A stretch of DNA of 63,522 bases, the filler included, from Rhabdomonas costata (Eukaryota): assembly GCA_019059605.1 (NCBI GenBank). It is 52 parts of 52 records of this genome, joined end to end, with 100 filler letters (N's around TTAATTAATTAA, not from the genome) between each part and the next. Parts side by side here need not be neighbours in the genome. Positions count along the whole stretch, not along the records: positions 11,024 to 12,147 come from JAHMHO010027391.1; positions 12,248 to 13,371 come from JAHMHO010027392.1; positions 13,472 to 14,595 come from JAHMHO010027393.1; positions 14,696 to 15,819 come from JAHMHO010027394.1; positions 15,920 to 17,043 come from JAHMHO010027395.1; positions 17,144 to 18,267 come from JAHMHO010027396.1; positions 18,368 to 19,491 come from JAHMHO010027397.1; positions 19,592 to 20,715 come from JAHMHO010027398.1; 44 more parts are not named here. One strand, 5' to 3'. The position numbers and the translations under genes are program-made. Position 1 is the stretch's first letter. Every line of letters starts with the position of its first letter. Positions 11,241-24,839 of this stretch are shown here, piece after piece. The notes below the pieces were generated by a model that worked only from the letters and a program-made list of their open reading frames with translations, had not been told where the DNA came from and ran no database searches.

Positions 11241-12129
11241 GTTCCTCCTGCGGATCTCCACAGCGCTTCGGTGGACGATATCTTCTCCATGGTAAAGGTG
11301 CGGTGTGGACGCCTTTCTTTCTTATGGTTTCCCCTGTCTGAACGTTTCTGTCCTTTTATTCGCTTTTTGATTGCGTTTTTTCTGATTTCTTCCATACGGT
11401 GCGTTGGGCTCACCGGATTCACCACAGGCCAAGTTCGGCGCGTGGCTGGGGGTGCAGCCTGGTTTGCTGAGCATCACGGTGAGCGGCGACCCGTACTACT
11501 GCGCGATGATGCCCATCGCGCAGTCCAATATCAGGTCCGGGCGACCTTTTCACCCACCAATCACTGCACTCTCGCCCGGTGTGAATCCCCCCTGGTGTTC
11601 CTTTCGTTATGGATTTGCCGGAAAAAACATCTCGTGGCGGTTTCTCACAACCTGCCCATGTGTGAGTCCTCCAGCGATCTTGTGGAACGGTTGCAACCGA
11701 GAGATAATATTGGATTTCTAGCGAAGCCGTGGACGTGTTTACGGGCCACCTCTGAATCCCTGACTCCAAGGTGGACTGCCGTTTTGTTGTTGGAGCAGAA
11801 CGTCCTCTTGGCGCCCATCTACGCAAAGACCAAAGTAGTGCTGGGCACGGTGTTTGGTATCACCGGGGGCTTTGTGGTGATCTCTTTGCTGTTCGCGGTT
11901 GCCCTGGCGAAGCCGCTGAGTGCTCTAGCGGAACAGATGGGGATGCTATCGTCGCTCGATTCCGGGGCGCTAGCACAGGTCGAGCACCTTCAGTGGCATT
12001 TCTTTTGGCATCGCGGTGGCCTTACGCAAATGGATGTCCCTCTGCCTGCCTTTTTCTCCAGGCGCACTTCCCGCACTCGATTCTGACGGAGGTGAGCACG
12101 CTGACCCAGACTTTCGTTGTGCTGACGAA
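11241..12129 (+). CDS. Membrane receptor fragment with TM helix and HAMP-like linker, probably a receptor-type nucleotide cyclase; exons 11241-11291, 11428-11534, 11771-11978, 12062-12129
   Basis: GT-AG exons join in frame. WTAVLLL..LLAPI, a hydrophobic span, then LAKPLSALAEQM..L and SILTEVSTLTQTF. Confidence 0.55.
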
Positions 12130-12915
12130 GTGCGCCTGGAGAAAAAANNNNNNNNNNNNNNNNNNNNNNNNNNNNNNNNNNNNNNNNNNNNTTAATTAAT
12201 TAANNNNNNNNNNNNNNNNNNNNNNNNNNNNNNNNNNNNNNNNNNNNGACTTGCCCGGCATTGCTGTCATTGCAATTCCTCGGCCCAGCGTTGTATAGCT
12301 TCCCGTCGACTGCATCAACTCCCCGGAGCGAATGCTGAGAGAGAGAGATCCAGTATATCTATTTGGCACTCCTACCGCAGTGAACCTTTTTTCCCTTTAT
12401 GTCTCCTTCTTGAGGATGATCACTATTTATGATGTCTTGGAGCTCTGCAGTCATGATTTGAAGCTTCGGGAGTGGCTAAGTGATGGCTCAGTTATGGTAT
12501 TCTTTTGTTTCCTCTCGCAGGAGGCTATGTACGATGTACGTGTACCCTGGGACATGATAATTTGTCTCGCATGGGGTTAGGGAGCGATGCAGCTGTCCCC
12601 GAAAAAAAGGTTCACTGCGGTAGGTATGCCATCTATCCTACCCCACGAATGCGCTTAGCGATGCCTTTGCAAAAGCAAGCTGGCATATCAAAAAAACGGG
12701 ATTGAAATCGGACTTGGGTTTGAATGAAGAAAATGATACGGAAAACTTCCCCTTGCAATTCTGTTTAGTTTCAATTTATTTGATTGCGTTCTGGGGTGCT
12801 TAGTTGGATCAGAGGGACGCTTTTTCAGTTTTATGCTGGGAAACCGATTCGCCCTGTGCGGTGTGACCCCATGAGAATACGCTCTCCATGGGACGCATCA
12901 CAGATACACACCCAC

Positions 12916-13074
12916 TTTGGCCTCCATCTTCTGGATCCACTTCAGGGCCTGGCCCTGGGGGTCGATCATCAGCGGCCACCGCCGAGACTTGTTCGACGTC
13001 GACGTAGTGACCATAATCGCGTTCTGCGTGCTGACGTTGTCCGTCGGCAGGGTCATGATGCTCCACTCCCGGAC
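12916..13074 (-). CDS. Axonemal dynein heavy chain exon (stalk end / AAA5)
   Basis: VREWSIMTLPTDNVSTQNAIMV...RRWPLMIDPQGQALKWIQKME; CAG acceptor and GT donor. Confidence 0.93.
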
Positions 13075-13189
13075 CTGGGTGAGTTGTTGCAAATTTTTAT
13101 TCAGCAAAGGACACTCCGCAAATAAAAACAAACGCATCAAAGCATACCGGTTAGAGACTTTTCCAAACTATGCTGAAAGAACAAGGAGA

Positions 13190-13370
13190 GTTTGTGCTAT
13201 TTCCGTTCGGCAGAAGGGGATGCAGACGTACATTAGTAGAGGATCAAAGGTCAGTTCTGGAGGATCAAAGGTCAAGCCTGATATGCTTGCTTTGATCCTC
13301 CAGAACTGACCTTTGATCCTCTACTAATGTACGTCTGCATCCCCTTCTGCCGAACGGAAATAACACAAAC
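13190..13370. repeat. Contig-terminal inverted repeat (81-bp arms 13190-13270 / 13290-13370), probable fold-back chimera
   Basis: Reverse-complement arms with one mismatch, a 19-nt loop, ending at the contig edge. Confidence 0.85.
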
Positions 13371-13568
13371 CNNNNNNNNNNNNNNNNNNNNNNNNNNNNN
13401 NNNNNNNNNNNNNNNTTAATTAATTAANNNNNNNNNNNNNNNNNNNNNNNNNNNNNNNNNNNNNNNNNNNNTCTCATTTCCCCCCGAACGTTTCGTGGTT
13501 TCGTGGGATTTTCTCTGCTTCCGTGCTTCCATGAGGGTTACCTTCTGATTTTTCGCGCAGAATTGCAG

Positions 13569-14179
13569 GAGAAGCCCTGGTCCTGCCGCGTCCTGACCTC
13601 CGACGAGTGGAACGCATCGTCTTTGCCCACTGGTCCTGCTGCCACTTCTCGCAACCGATTCGAAGACCCCATACACACAAGCATATGCCGCCTCGCATCT
13701 ATCGTTATACCCTTATATGTAGTGTGGCCTGCCCATGTAGCCTGCATTGAGCTGGTGCTCAAGTGGCCCCATCTTGCCCAGCTGTTGATTTGGTTTTGGT
13801 TGTATCGCCCCCTGTGTCGTCTGCGTGTGTCTTCTCTCTCAGGGCGGCTCTTTGTCAACCGTGGCCTGCTCCGCGCTACGAAGTCAGATGCTGAGCTCGC
13901 GTTCATCTTGGCCCATGAAATGGGGTGCGTTCTGTCGGACTCCACAGACACCTCGGAAAGCCTCGAAAAATAGCTTGATATTGGCTAGCATCGCCCGACC
14001 CCCCCGAAAAATTGCTTTACACCTAATTTATTGCGTGGCTTTTGGAGTCAAAATGTGTTTTTGTCGTTTTACTTTTTTCCTCCCGTTTCTGGGTATGCTT
14101 TTTCTCAACAGGCATGTGCTGGCGCGACATTTGTACGAGCAGAGCTTCCTGGCGAACGTTGTGACGGTCGCGGCCAATG
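13569..14179 (+). CDS. M48 zinc metalloprotease (Oma1-like); exons 13569-13632, 13843-13924, 14112-~14179
   Basis: Spliced peptide WNASSLPTGRLFVNRGLL..SDAELAFILAHEMGHVLARH contains the HExxH motif across an intron. Confidence 0.88.
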
Positions 14180-17143
14180 GTGTATTCTGGACTGTCGCCC
14201 TGGGTTTTCCAGGCATGTGCAAGTGATTGTGGAAATATATATTGTTAGGTCTGTTCTCAGGGCTTCTTAGGGCAGATTTTGGGTTTCTTTCTGCTTGGAG
14301 AGGAGGGGGGTCATACGGGGATGCGCGGCTACCGTTTGGCACTTTTACTGCGCATCTCGGCCCGTGTGAGTCACCCAACAGCAGCCCGAATGCCGGCTCC
14401 TTTAATGGTTGAGGAAACAACAAAGGCAAAAGAGAGCTAAAGCAGCACCATGAACGGCGGAAAGGTCGACTGAAGAATTCCCCGAGTTTGACCCTTCTCA
14501 GTAGCCCTCCAAAGTTTCGCCACGGAACGAGACGCTGGCCAATGAAGCGCACCGAGGCAACTTATGTCCCCAACCAGCCACCTGCCCCCCACCCCNNNNN
14601 NNNNNNNNNNNNNNNNNNNNNNNNNNNNNNNNNNNNNNNTTAATTAATTAANNNNNNNNNNNNNNNNNNNNNNNNNNNNNNNNNNNNNNNNNNNNTTTTT
14701 GTGGGGGAAGAAGAGAAGGAAGTGACGGATGGATGGGGTGGTAGCAATGAGTTCAAGCAAGCAGAGAGCCGGAAGGCAAAGAAGCAATGAAGTGTCAGGT
14801 GCTTTGATCGCTTAATATATGACAGAAGGTGCAGGATAGTGCAAGGACACAGTGTGCGATACAGGGGATGGTTGCACAAAAACGAGCGTTCGCAAGGCCA
14901 CCTTGGAGAACCCCACCGTAAACCAGTACTATGGGAACGGCCGTTCCCATGAAAAAAGCAAATGATATGTTGGAACGCATGGCGCGCTCGGATGTGAGTG
15001 GTGGGGCCTGAGATAACTCTGACGATGAACTATCAGAAGCAGCTCCTTCCGCACATCACACTCTTCTCTGGCCACCCGCCGGCTTGCACGACGTGTGCTA
15101 TTGTCGTATTGTCGGTTGTCGTTGTGGGGGTGAGGACGCGGGCGCACCTAGAGACCCCCGCAGTGTCATCTGCCCCGGGTGGGGCAGCGGCCGCCACCCC
15201 GAAGAGTGCCTCGGGTCGGAGAGCTTCAGCGACAACATCTGTGCAACCCCGCAAAACCATCGTGCTAAACAAAAAGCCGCACTCAGCGAGGGGGTTTGAG
15301 CACCACTCATCATGGAAAGGCCCCGGAAAACATTTCCCCCAAATCCCTTCCAGTGTGTCAGGTTGTGTCAGGTTGACGGATACCACCTCCTTTGAAACAG
15401 GCACTTCATTTGAACTAACACAATTTGTGGTGACATTGGTGGTGACGTACCTTACCATAGATTTCAGGCTAATACTTTGAAGTACCGAATTCACAGGCAA
15501 TTGCACGATCGCACTTGGACGTAAATATAGGCATGAGCCCCAGGACTCTCTCTCTCTCTCTCTTTCTCTTGTTTAAGCAAGAAAGGCTATCAGTGCACAT
15601 ACTTACCCGGAAGTAAGGGACAAAATAGGAAGACAAAGAAGAAGGGGTAGGTGTGCAACACCACGTCGCTGTCCCTCACGAAAACGACGATGCAGAGCTG
15701 AAAGCCCTCCATGTCCGCTCGCCACTGCGTGAGGGTGTGCGTCGTGCCCCCAACCCATTGCTCAGCCTGGGGAGAGGTCCACTGGTGGGTCCCCACCCGC
15801 CGCGCTTGGCACCACAACANNNNNNNNNNNNNNNNNNNNNNNNNNNNNNNNNNNNNNNNNNNNTTAATTAATTAANNNNNNNNNNNNNNNNNNNNNNNNN
15901 NNNNNNNNNNNNNNNNNNNGGGGGGTTGGGTGACTTTTTTCTGTGGTGCCTAGTTTAGGCCAAGTTGTACGAGACTCCGTGCAGTCCCTGAGGACACTCT
16001 TGCAGCGCATCCGCACCGCTGTGCGGGTAGTGCTGCAGGCGAGCCTGAAGGCTGCAGCATGGAAACGCTTGCTCTCCGAAAGCCTTAAACCAAAGCCACC
16101 AGCAAAATGGGGCCCGTGTTCTTCATATTCAAAATTCATATTCATCTTTTTAAATGCAGCACCGTGCATGTGACTGCTTACGTTTATCGTCAAGGGTCAC
16201 CAAGCTATCACTTTTCACAATTTGATGGCATTAAATTTTACTGGTAATAGCTGTAACAGAAAATAATACGATGTTTCAGAATATTCAGCATGTTAAAGTT
16301 CCCAAAGACGATCAGAGACATCTGGCTGCGGTAGGTCGATTTATTCGCACACTGAAAAGCAAAATCGAAAAATATCAAGTGATGTTCAATACAACCAAGT
16401 AAATTGATGTTTTGCCAAAACTGCTTGACAGTTACAATGCTGGGTATCATTCAATATTCCCGAAGAAGTGGGTGACACAGACCGAAATATTGATCAAATG
16501 CTAATGGCAAAGTACCAAAAAGCAAATGAATGTTCTCACCCTATGGGAATTTGCAAATGAAGTGAGGAGTTCAAACAACCTGAAATAAACCTATGGAAGC
16601 AAATTAACATCACCTGTTTGAGATGTTATTGAACTTGGTTTGATTTATCCCATACGTTGAACCGCATTACAAAATGTGGTTTTTTCTGTGCGTGTGGGGG
16701 TGAATTTTACGATCCTTCACCTTTAGCCGTTTTCTTTTTTCTAAGACCTCTGAGGCCTCCTCCAATTTCTGTGGCATGGTCGTATGCCTGCTGCACCAGT
16801 GCGAGGTGGGCTTCGTCGATTGCCAGGGGGAAGAGCGCAGCGAGCGCAAGAAGATAAGGGGCAGTCAACGGGGGCGTCCGTGGGTCAGTGGCCAGGTTTG
16901 ATAGTGCCTGGGCGGAGGCATCCTTCGGGTAGGCCACCGCGGGAGGAGGATGCGAGGAAGACAGGCTCAGAGCTTCCACTCGCTGGCTAAGGTGGCGGAC
17001 CTGTTCAGAGAGCTCCAGGGCCCACTTTGGGGGGGCTTCCTCGNNNNNNNNNNNNNNNNNNNNNNNNNNNNNNNNNNNNNNNNNNNNTTAATTAATTAAN
17101 NNNNNNNNNNNNNNNNNNNNNNNNNNNNNNNNNNNNNNNNNNN

Positions 17144-17751
17144 GGGTGAGCCCTGGCATAAGTCAGAAGAGCGCGCAGAGTTGGGTGCTCGTATTCCTCA
17201 AGGTTCCCTCGATGTACAACCTCGGTACCAGGGGGCAGCCGCGGCACCAGGGTCTGTTCGCCACTAATTCCGACGTGGAGCTTAGCATGACGCAAAAGCC
17301 CGGAGACCTTCAAAGCTTCCAGGATTTCCTTTGTGACGCGGGTGCTTTTGTAGCTCTTTAAGCCAATGTGAAGGAAGACCGCTATGCTGCGCCCTGGACG
17401 CATGGCCTGGCGAAACTGGCCTTCCCACAGGTTTTCGTCGGGCTTAAGAGGTTGGTTCTCGCGCTCGAGACACCCAAAGAAGAAGGAAAGATCAAGCTCC
17501 CTCTGCATCTCGCGGACCCCACGTGCAGTGTTGACCGCGCGAAGAAGGTCACTAAAGTGACAGCGACGGGGCGCGTCTGAGTACCTATTTGCAAACTGAA
17601 GCAACGGCACCCGAGGGGAAGCATCAGGCATTGCCGCTGAAAGGTGAGGCAAGGGGTGGCGCAACCAAAACAACACCAATGTACTGGGCAAAAAGAGGAA
17701 GACCAAAGGCCTCGCGCAGCGCCAAAAAGCCGCGGTTTGAGGATGAGTCAT
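17144..17751 (-). CDS. Type II membrane protein, putative glycosyltransferase-like (3'-truncated, no intron in about 200 codons)
   Basis: Short N-tail, TM segment (PLVFLFLPSTLVLFWL), stem, then IAVFLHI..EILEALKVSGLL..YEHPTLRAL. A pyrimidine tract-CAG lies just upstream of the ATG. Confidence 0.5.
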
Positions 17752-18562
17752 TGTTGGGAAAACAGCTGGGGAGAGAAAAAGAAGCGGTTGTGCGAAACAC
17801 GGAGGCACGGAGGTGAGTCCACGTCGGTCTGCGTGCATCCATGTGCGGTGTATGATGAGCTGACACTCTTTTGAGGAGGCCGTTGAGACGGCTGAGTACT
17901 GGGCGAGACGCGAAATAGTGGCACCAGATAAGGGGTGCCGGGATAAGCAGTGGCAGCCTCAGTGTGGGGAACTGCTGGCCCTTGGTGGCAAGAGAAGCCT
18001 CGAGACGCCACTGAAAGAAAACATGACCTTCGGGTGTAAGCAGCTTGTGGCCGATGTGGGATCAGGCTTGCTTGCCATTCACTGGTGTGAGCGGTGAGTG
18101 GGGTATGGAATTTCCCTTCAGCCAACAAGGTAGTGACAGCCAGTATTCTCAGGTAGCCTAGAGTATAGCTGAGAGGCATGACTACATGCATATTAGAGGT
18201 TCTGGCTCACTCGACTGTCTGGGAGCATTTCACATCTCAACCAGAAAAAATCACTGAAAAACCAAAANNNNNNNNNNNNNNNNNNNNNNNNNNNNNNNNN
18301 NNNNNNNNNNNTTAATTAATTAANNNNNNNNNNNNNNNNNNNNNNNNNNNNNNNNNNNNNNNNNNNNGGGCTGGGTATGGTGTGTGTATGTGTTAATCTT
18401 GTGTGTTTCTCAGCCATCATCTAAGTTTTGCGGGTTCGAGATTCCGATCAGTCAGGGTCCTGGTAGGTGTGGGATCGGACAGTATCCGCACCAGTGTTTA
18501 CGCCTCCCACATAGCTCAGTGTGTGTGGGTCGATTTGTTCTGGGGTGGGGATTCTCGCGCAG

Positions 18563-19491
18563 GTTCTGCTGAAATGGGTGGCGATGGGAGTGGTACTTCA
18601 CCGCCGCAGCTACTTCCGCTCGGGGTGGAACATCCTGGACTTCATCATCGCCGTTCTTGGGTTTATCGGGATCTTCCTCAATAGCGGGGGCGCTCAAGTG
18701 GTGCGAGTCCTGAGGCTGTTTCGGAGCGTCCGGGGAATGACGTTTGTTCGAGGCTTCAGGTCTGTTTGTGCAAGTTTGTGCGTGTGGAACCACAAGAAGC
18801 GAAACAATCGAAATCATGGCAATGCTGAGGTTGCCCCCTCATCCCTCATGGGGGCAGGGCCATAGTGAGACTGCCACAGCCAGCAGGCGGACGCTCCAAA
18901 AGCCGCCCTTTGAATCACAGCTTCGGCATGAGCTGGGTCTCGCTGACGATATGCTGGGGCAAGAACCCGAGCAGTGAAGTCGGGACGATTGGATTTTAGA
19001 GCGGGAGAAGCAGGGAGGGGGGGGTGGACCGAAAGGAAGAGGTGAGCTAAACCCAGGAATGGCTTCGAATGTGTTGTGTGGGAGATTGAACCGGGTTTGT
19101 TCGAGTGCAATTCTCAGAGCGCGGGCCGCGTTGATGTGGCGAAAAAGGTGCCCCTGAGGAATTGCGAGTGGGTGGCGAGACGGGACAGGAGCAGCTCGGT
19201 ACAGCACCTTAGAAGAGAAAAATGGCGCGAAAAGCGGATGCCCGAGAGAGTGGGAGACAAGTCGACGACAAAACGTTGTGTGCTGATGTCAATACAATAC
19301 TTTTTGCTTGGTTTGGACAAATGGCATTCTTCTGCACACTTTCGCCTTCCTTGGGATAGGACTCTGATCACCACGGTGCTTGTCAGCATCTCTGGGCTAT
19401 GCAGTGTTCTCCTCTTGGTGAGCTTCCTGCTGGTGCTGTTCACTTTGCTGGGAATGCAGTTGTGGAGCGGGTCCTTCGACGCCCGTTGCTA
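18563..19491 (+). CDS. Voltage-gated Ca2+/Na+ channel alpha subunit, S2-S5 region; exons 18563-18759 and 19360-19491
   Basis: SYFRSGWNILDFII, S4 VRVLRLFRSVR, FTLLGMQLWSGSF..RC; in-frame GT-AG join. Confidence 0.92.
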
Positions 19492-20560
19492 NNNNNNNNN
19501 NNNNNNNNNNNNNNNNNNNNNNNNNNNNNNNNNNNTTAATTAATTAANNNNNNNNNNNNNNNNNNNNNNNNNNNNNNNNNNNNNNNNNNNNGGGGTTCTT
19601 TGTGTTGTTGTCTTTTCGCGGTGCAGGCGGGAGACGCGGGGCGGGCACGCGAGGAGGAGGCCGACTCTGTGAGTGGGGGCAGTGGCAGCAGCGCCTCGGA
19701 GAGCTCCGACGTGCCCCTCTCCGATGAAGAGGATGAGGACGCCGACCTGGAGAAGCTTGCGGCTCTGTGAGTGTGGACTTCCAGGAGCCCGAGCCGAGAG
19801 TGAAAGGGAGACTGAGGTCACTGGGTCACATTTTGCCTCCTAACCGTTTTGCTGTTTGCAGGAGCGGGTGATGTTATTCACCGAAGCTTCGCTTTAACAG
19901 AGGATCTCTTCGCTTTTTGACCTCCTGGAGTCTCAAACTTCAATGTATTTATTTTCCGGCAGCTATTTGTGGAGGTTTGCGGTGATTATGACGGTTTGCC
20001 AGGTGTTTAGATGTTAATAAGAATGACGGGCGTTGTCATTGCCTGCGATAACAGCAATGGGAAGGACCCACCCCACCGGAGCTGCGTGCTCTGTGTGCGA
20101 AGGCAACACTCATAAGTCTAGGCTTAAAAGGGCTGTCGTGTTTCATCTGGTTTTGGGCTCCGATCCGTGTGGTGTGATGCTTATTATCCTCCGGCGGGTT
20201 TTTCTCTCAGCCTGTGAAGCCGAGTAAATCACGATCGCCCAACCCAATCAATGTTCCCTTTGTCAAACCGGAGTTTCCGGTGCATCCCAATAAAGGCACC
20301 CCACCGACAGAGGTGGAGGCTTCCGCAATTCCACCCAACGCAGATGACAGATGCTGCACGGCGTCGTATTTGCAGTGATATATGTCGTCCTCCGATCTTC
20401 TTTCTGGTCATCGTGGGAAACCCTTGAAAGCAAATAGCAATAAATAGCATTAAGGAATTTTATGCCCAAGTCGACCGATTGCGCTGTTCGAACCCGACCC
20501 TCCGGTGTATGATCGTTGGCCTTTGACGGGTCAGTGGTGGGCTGTGTTTCGCTGGTCGAT

Positions 20561-20707
20561 GGATTTGGATTCGACCCTCGGTTGCCCAGTGGGCACCTTC
20601 ATTCGCACTACTTTCCCATTGGGATTTTTTCAAGGAGCAAAATTCCCAATGGGAAAGTAGTGCGAATGAAGGTGCCCACTGGGCAACCGAGGGTCGAATC
20701 CAAATCC
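20561..20707. repeat. Contig-terminal inverted repeat (64-bp arms 20561-20624 / 20644-20707), probable fold-back chimera
   Basis: Perfect reverse-complement arms ending within a few bases of the contig edge. Confidence 0.85.
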
Positions 20708-23700
20708 CACAACAANNNNNNNNNNNNNNNNNNNNNNNNNNNNNNNNNNNNNNNNNNNNTTAATTAATTAANNNNNNNNNNNNNNNNNNNNNNNNNNNNN
20801 NNNNNNNNNNNNNNNTGTTGTTGTTTGCGGGACCCATATATGTGCGGGATCCGCGATTTCTTATCCCTCTTGCCCCCTCAACTGTTCGACTGCAGTCTGG
20901 TGCGGATGATGCATGTATAGCTGTGGTGCGAGTAACACCTTCATTTCAGGAGAGTGCGTAGCTGGAATCACTGAAGCCTGTTTCTCAGCTATGACGCAAA
21001 AGCAGTCTTTGAGCATGAACTGTTGAGCACAGTTGCACACATGAAAAACGATTTTGACTTTGACTTTTTTGTCCTTCTTTTGACCCTGTGTCGGTAGTCG
21101 TCAGGCTGGAATCACCAGAACTATATTCGTCATCTGCCCCATTGGGCTTGGACCCCAAGGGAACCGTCTTTGGACCAAGCCCCGCCGCAAAACGTCCACG
21201 GCCATCTAAAACCAATGCCTTTCCCATTCATCTATGGTGTCGGGGTCAAAGGCGCCGCAAACTGTATCTTGGGGCAAGGGGCCCCGTGAAATCCGCGTAT
21301 TAAAACCTGGAATGAACCTTCAATAGCCCGATGTTTCCTTCCACGCCCGCGTCAGTTGTCAATTGATAAAACTTCCACTCTTCAACTGACTTGGCCGTTC
21401 CGCTTGCTGTTAGATGTCAAACGAGAAAAAAGAACTACAATGGCTGGTCTCAGAGGTCACCCCTTCAAAAAACGAGCCCCATGTAAGGTCTAATAAAAGC
21501 GGCAGGAAAGGAGGCCTTGGGTGGCATGGACAACCGCATTCTGCAAAATTGCATTCATCCATTCACAAACAAGAACTAATTGGAAACGGAAGCAACTCTA
21601 TCTATTTTTTACGGTGAACACTCTTCTCCAGCTTTCGGAACACTTCCAGATGTAGCCAATTTGGGTTTCTTACCAAAAACGTCTCTTTTTTCAAACGCTT
21701 TCCCTAATATTCTTTCGGCGTACCTGGAACCGCCTTCTTTGCCAATGCCTTGGCCGGCTGCGGACCCGCGGGTGTGCTGGAGCCCTGCCAAGGGTCAAAG
21801 AAGCGAAACGCTCCCGATCAACTTCCGGTAGACCTGAGACGGGTCGCAGATCGACCCCAGTGGCCTACCAGGCAACCGGCCGTCGATTGAAGAATTGATC
21901 GCCGCAGTCCCGGCAAACTGTCCCATACACCCACAACCCNNNNNNNNNNNNNNNNNNNNNNNNNNNNNNNNNNNNNNNNNNNNTTAATTAATTAANNNNN
22001 NNNNNNNNNNNNNNNNNNNNNNNNNNNNNNNNNNNNNNNTGGTTCTGCTTACTTTGTTTTGGAGAGACCACCATCAGTGTGCTTGTCAGAAAACGTGTAT
22101 CTGTGTGCGGCTTGGCTGCTGGGCGTGCCCCTTTCCTCCTGTGGCTTCCAGATTGGCACCCAGGCCTACACCACCGTCACCAGCCTGGCCGGGATCCGCG
22201 CACAGTATGCCCGCTCCACTGCTCCGGCCCGGTCCTGGGCCAGCGCAGGAGCAGCGTCAGCCTCCCAGAGCCCTACCCACAGCCCTACCCACAGCCCCTG
22301 CCACAGCTCCTGAGAGGGGCTCTGGGGCGGTGGCAGCGCGGAGGGCGCCGAGGGGGCGGAGTGGCTGCTGGAGGAGGACGGGGGGTTTGCGGAGATCCCG
22401 TTCTCGGTGTACTGCGACTTCAGCCCAGAGCGGCGGCGGATGCTGGCGCACCTCAAGAAGGGGCTATCAATCAGTCAGATGATTCGCACGGACAACGCTG
22501 AGCAGAGGTTTGTGTGGGGTTGCCTGTGGGTGGTTGGGGAGCGAGCGGGAGTTCCCCTCTCACACTAATTGCCATGCTCCGCTGCATCCAACACCCCGTC
22601 TTTACCCTGAGCTAGGCAAGGGTGACTGCCCACAGCGTGGCTTTCATCCGCTTCTTCTCATCCCCACTGCATCCCACCCATTTTTCCCTTCTTGCAATTC
22701 GAAGCCATACGCTACTACGTCCTTCACTTCCCAGCTGAACCATGGCGGCGCCTGTGGGTGCTGTGCTGTTCAGTGGTTAGTGACGAAACCTTTGAGCATA
22801 TGGCCGACCCCACAGTGTGTTATGCATGTGGGGGATAGGGAAGGGGGCGTGCTCCAAAATGAGGTGGGGCTTTCACAGAAGGGTGGGCAACAAGCTTCTG
22901 GGCAGAGACCCGTCCAGCGTGAGGGATCCACGGCCTCTCAGCCAGCAGTTCACTGAGATGAGCCCGGACCAACTGTCCTACAAAGTGCTTCAGCTAGGTG
23001 ACGCAATGCACACGTGTCAACATTAATTTCCACGCTTACACGCACACTCGCAACTTCTTGCCCTTTTCCTCTGAGGAAGTGAGAACCATTCTCGAAAGAC
23101 GGAAGAGCCTCCCCCGTCAACACGGGACATTGAGTGATTTCTGAAATGGAGGTACCCAACAACNNNNNNNNNNNNNNNNNNNNNNNNNNNNNNNNNNNNN
23201 NNNNNNNTTAATTAATTAANNNNNNNNNNNNNNNNNNNNNNNNNNNNNNNNNNNNNNNNNNNNTGTTGTTTTTCAGGAACATGCCGGCGCAGTGGCTGGT
23301 CTTCAGTGACAGCATGAAATTTGGGCGCTACAACTGCCTGGAGAATACTCTGGTATTTGTCCATGGGTATCCATGGATGGGTGTTTGTGGGCGCGCGGTT
23401 AGTTGCAGGAGATTTCCGCACGACCTCTGTGAGAAGATGGGAGGTGGGGTATTGCTCTCTTTAGCAGCAACCATGGCAGTGGAGAAGAGTAGATCAAAAA
23501 CCCGTCAGAGGACACCTCCTCACCGAACCCGAACCCCATCCTCTTGTGCAAACCCGTACCTGTGTGTGCCCCGATGTGCGTGTGCGTGAGTGTGCGTGTG
23601 GCACCGGAAGGATATTCGGTTGGGAGCAAGAAAGACCTCCACCATAGCATAGTCATGTGCGCCAAGCAAGTGTCCGTAGGCGGTCGACTCGGGAGGGTAC

Positions 23701-24839
23701 TGCGTCATTCGAATAGCGGCATTTTGAAGGGTAACTGAGCTTGAACATAAACAAAGCTATTCCGAAAAGTTGTGCTGAGGAGTTTTGCTGTGTGTTATCA
23801 TGTGCGGGATGGGGAAATGACTCACTCACCGGACTGGGTGCCTACGCATGTAAACTTGCGACCGCTGAGCTTGGAAGGGTTCCGCTTCATTCCTCCTGTG
23901 AAGTTGAAAAGCCAAGCCCTGCGGTGGCGGGGATGATTTGGAAGGCAACGGGGGTGAGTGGGTGTTTGCAGGTGCACACGGGGTACCCCCTGCTGTTCTG
24001 CACCTCTCTGTACTGGCACTTGTCGGAGGTGTGGATGGATTACTGGGCGGGCGCGGTGCCCGTGGGGCTGTCCTCGGCGAAGGTCTTCGAGCTGAGGCAG
24101 GACCTCCACCGCTACCTCCTGGTCGCTCTCCCTGCCTCTTGCTCTCTCTGTGGTGCGGGTATAAGGTGTTTGTTGTTTGTTGCACACAAAGTCTTTTAGC
24201 TTCTCCGTCACCAGAACTCCTCTTACCCTCCCGAAGGCGAGGCTTACCCTCAGGTTATTATTGTGGTGTTACCCCCCACACACACACACACTAATCCGCG
24301 TGCCTTGTATTCTGCTTCTTTTTTCATCACTTTTGGCATAATGTGGCCCAAAACAAACCCGTTTTCACCCTGATGAGTGCCCCACCCNNNNNNNNNNNNN
24401 NNNNNNNNNNNNNNNNNNNNNNNNNNNNNNNTTAATTAATTAANNNNNNNNNNNNNNNNNNNNNNNNNNNNNNNNNNNNNNNNNNNNGTTGTCTTTGCGC
24501 CTGTCTCGGTCCTTGTCCTTGTCCTTGTCCTTGTCCTTGTCCTTGTCCTACACCTTATACGGATTCAGCCCTGTGCACGTGTGTTTTTATAATTTCTTAT
24601 CTTTTTCGTAGGTGTTTACCTTTTGGGATTTTCTGCTTTTTTTTTTTGCTTTTACCGTTTTTTTTTTAGGTATGCGCCAATTTTGGCGGTGCGAAACCCA
24701 GACATTCATAATACTGGGCTTAATCAGGAGTTAAGAGTGACTTTCTTCTTCCTTCGGAGTTGAACGTGACCGGCTTTTTAGGCAGTTAGGCTGGTGCAGG
24801 CCTACTTTCGCCAGACCGCTTTTACTGCCTCGCCCGCAG

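Noticed and set aside
13190-13370. Long hairpins (also 1-108, 20561-20707, 43868-43947, 53851-54033) as MITEs, pre-miRNAs or hairpin telomeres
   Set aside because: All abut contig ends, share no sequence with each other, and one simply folds back through the penton coding sequence. This is typical of amplification chimeras.
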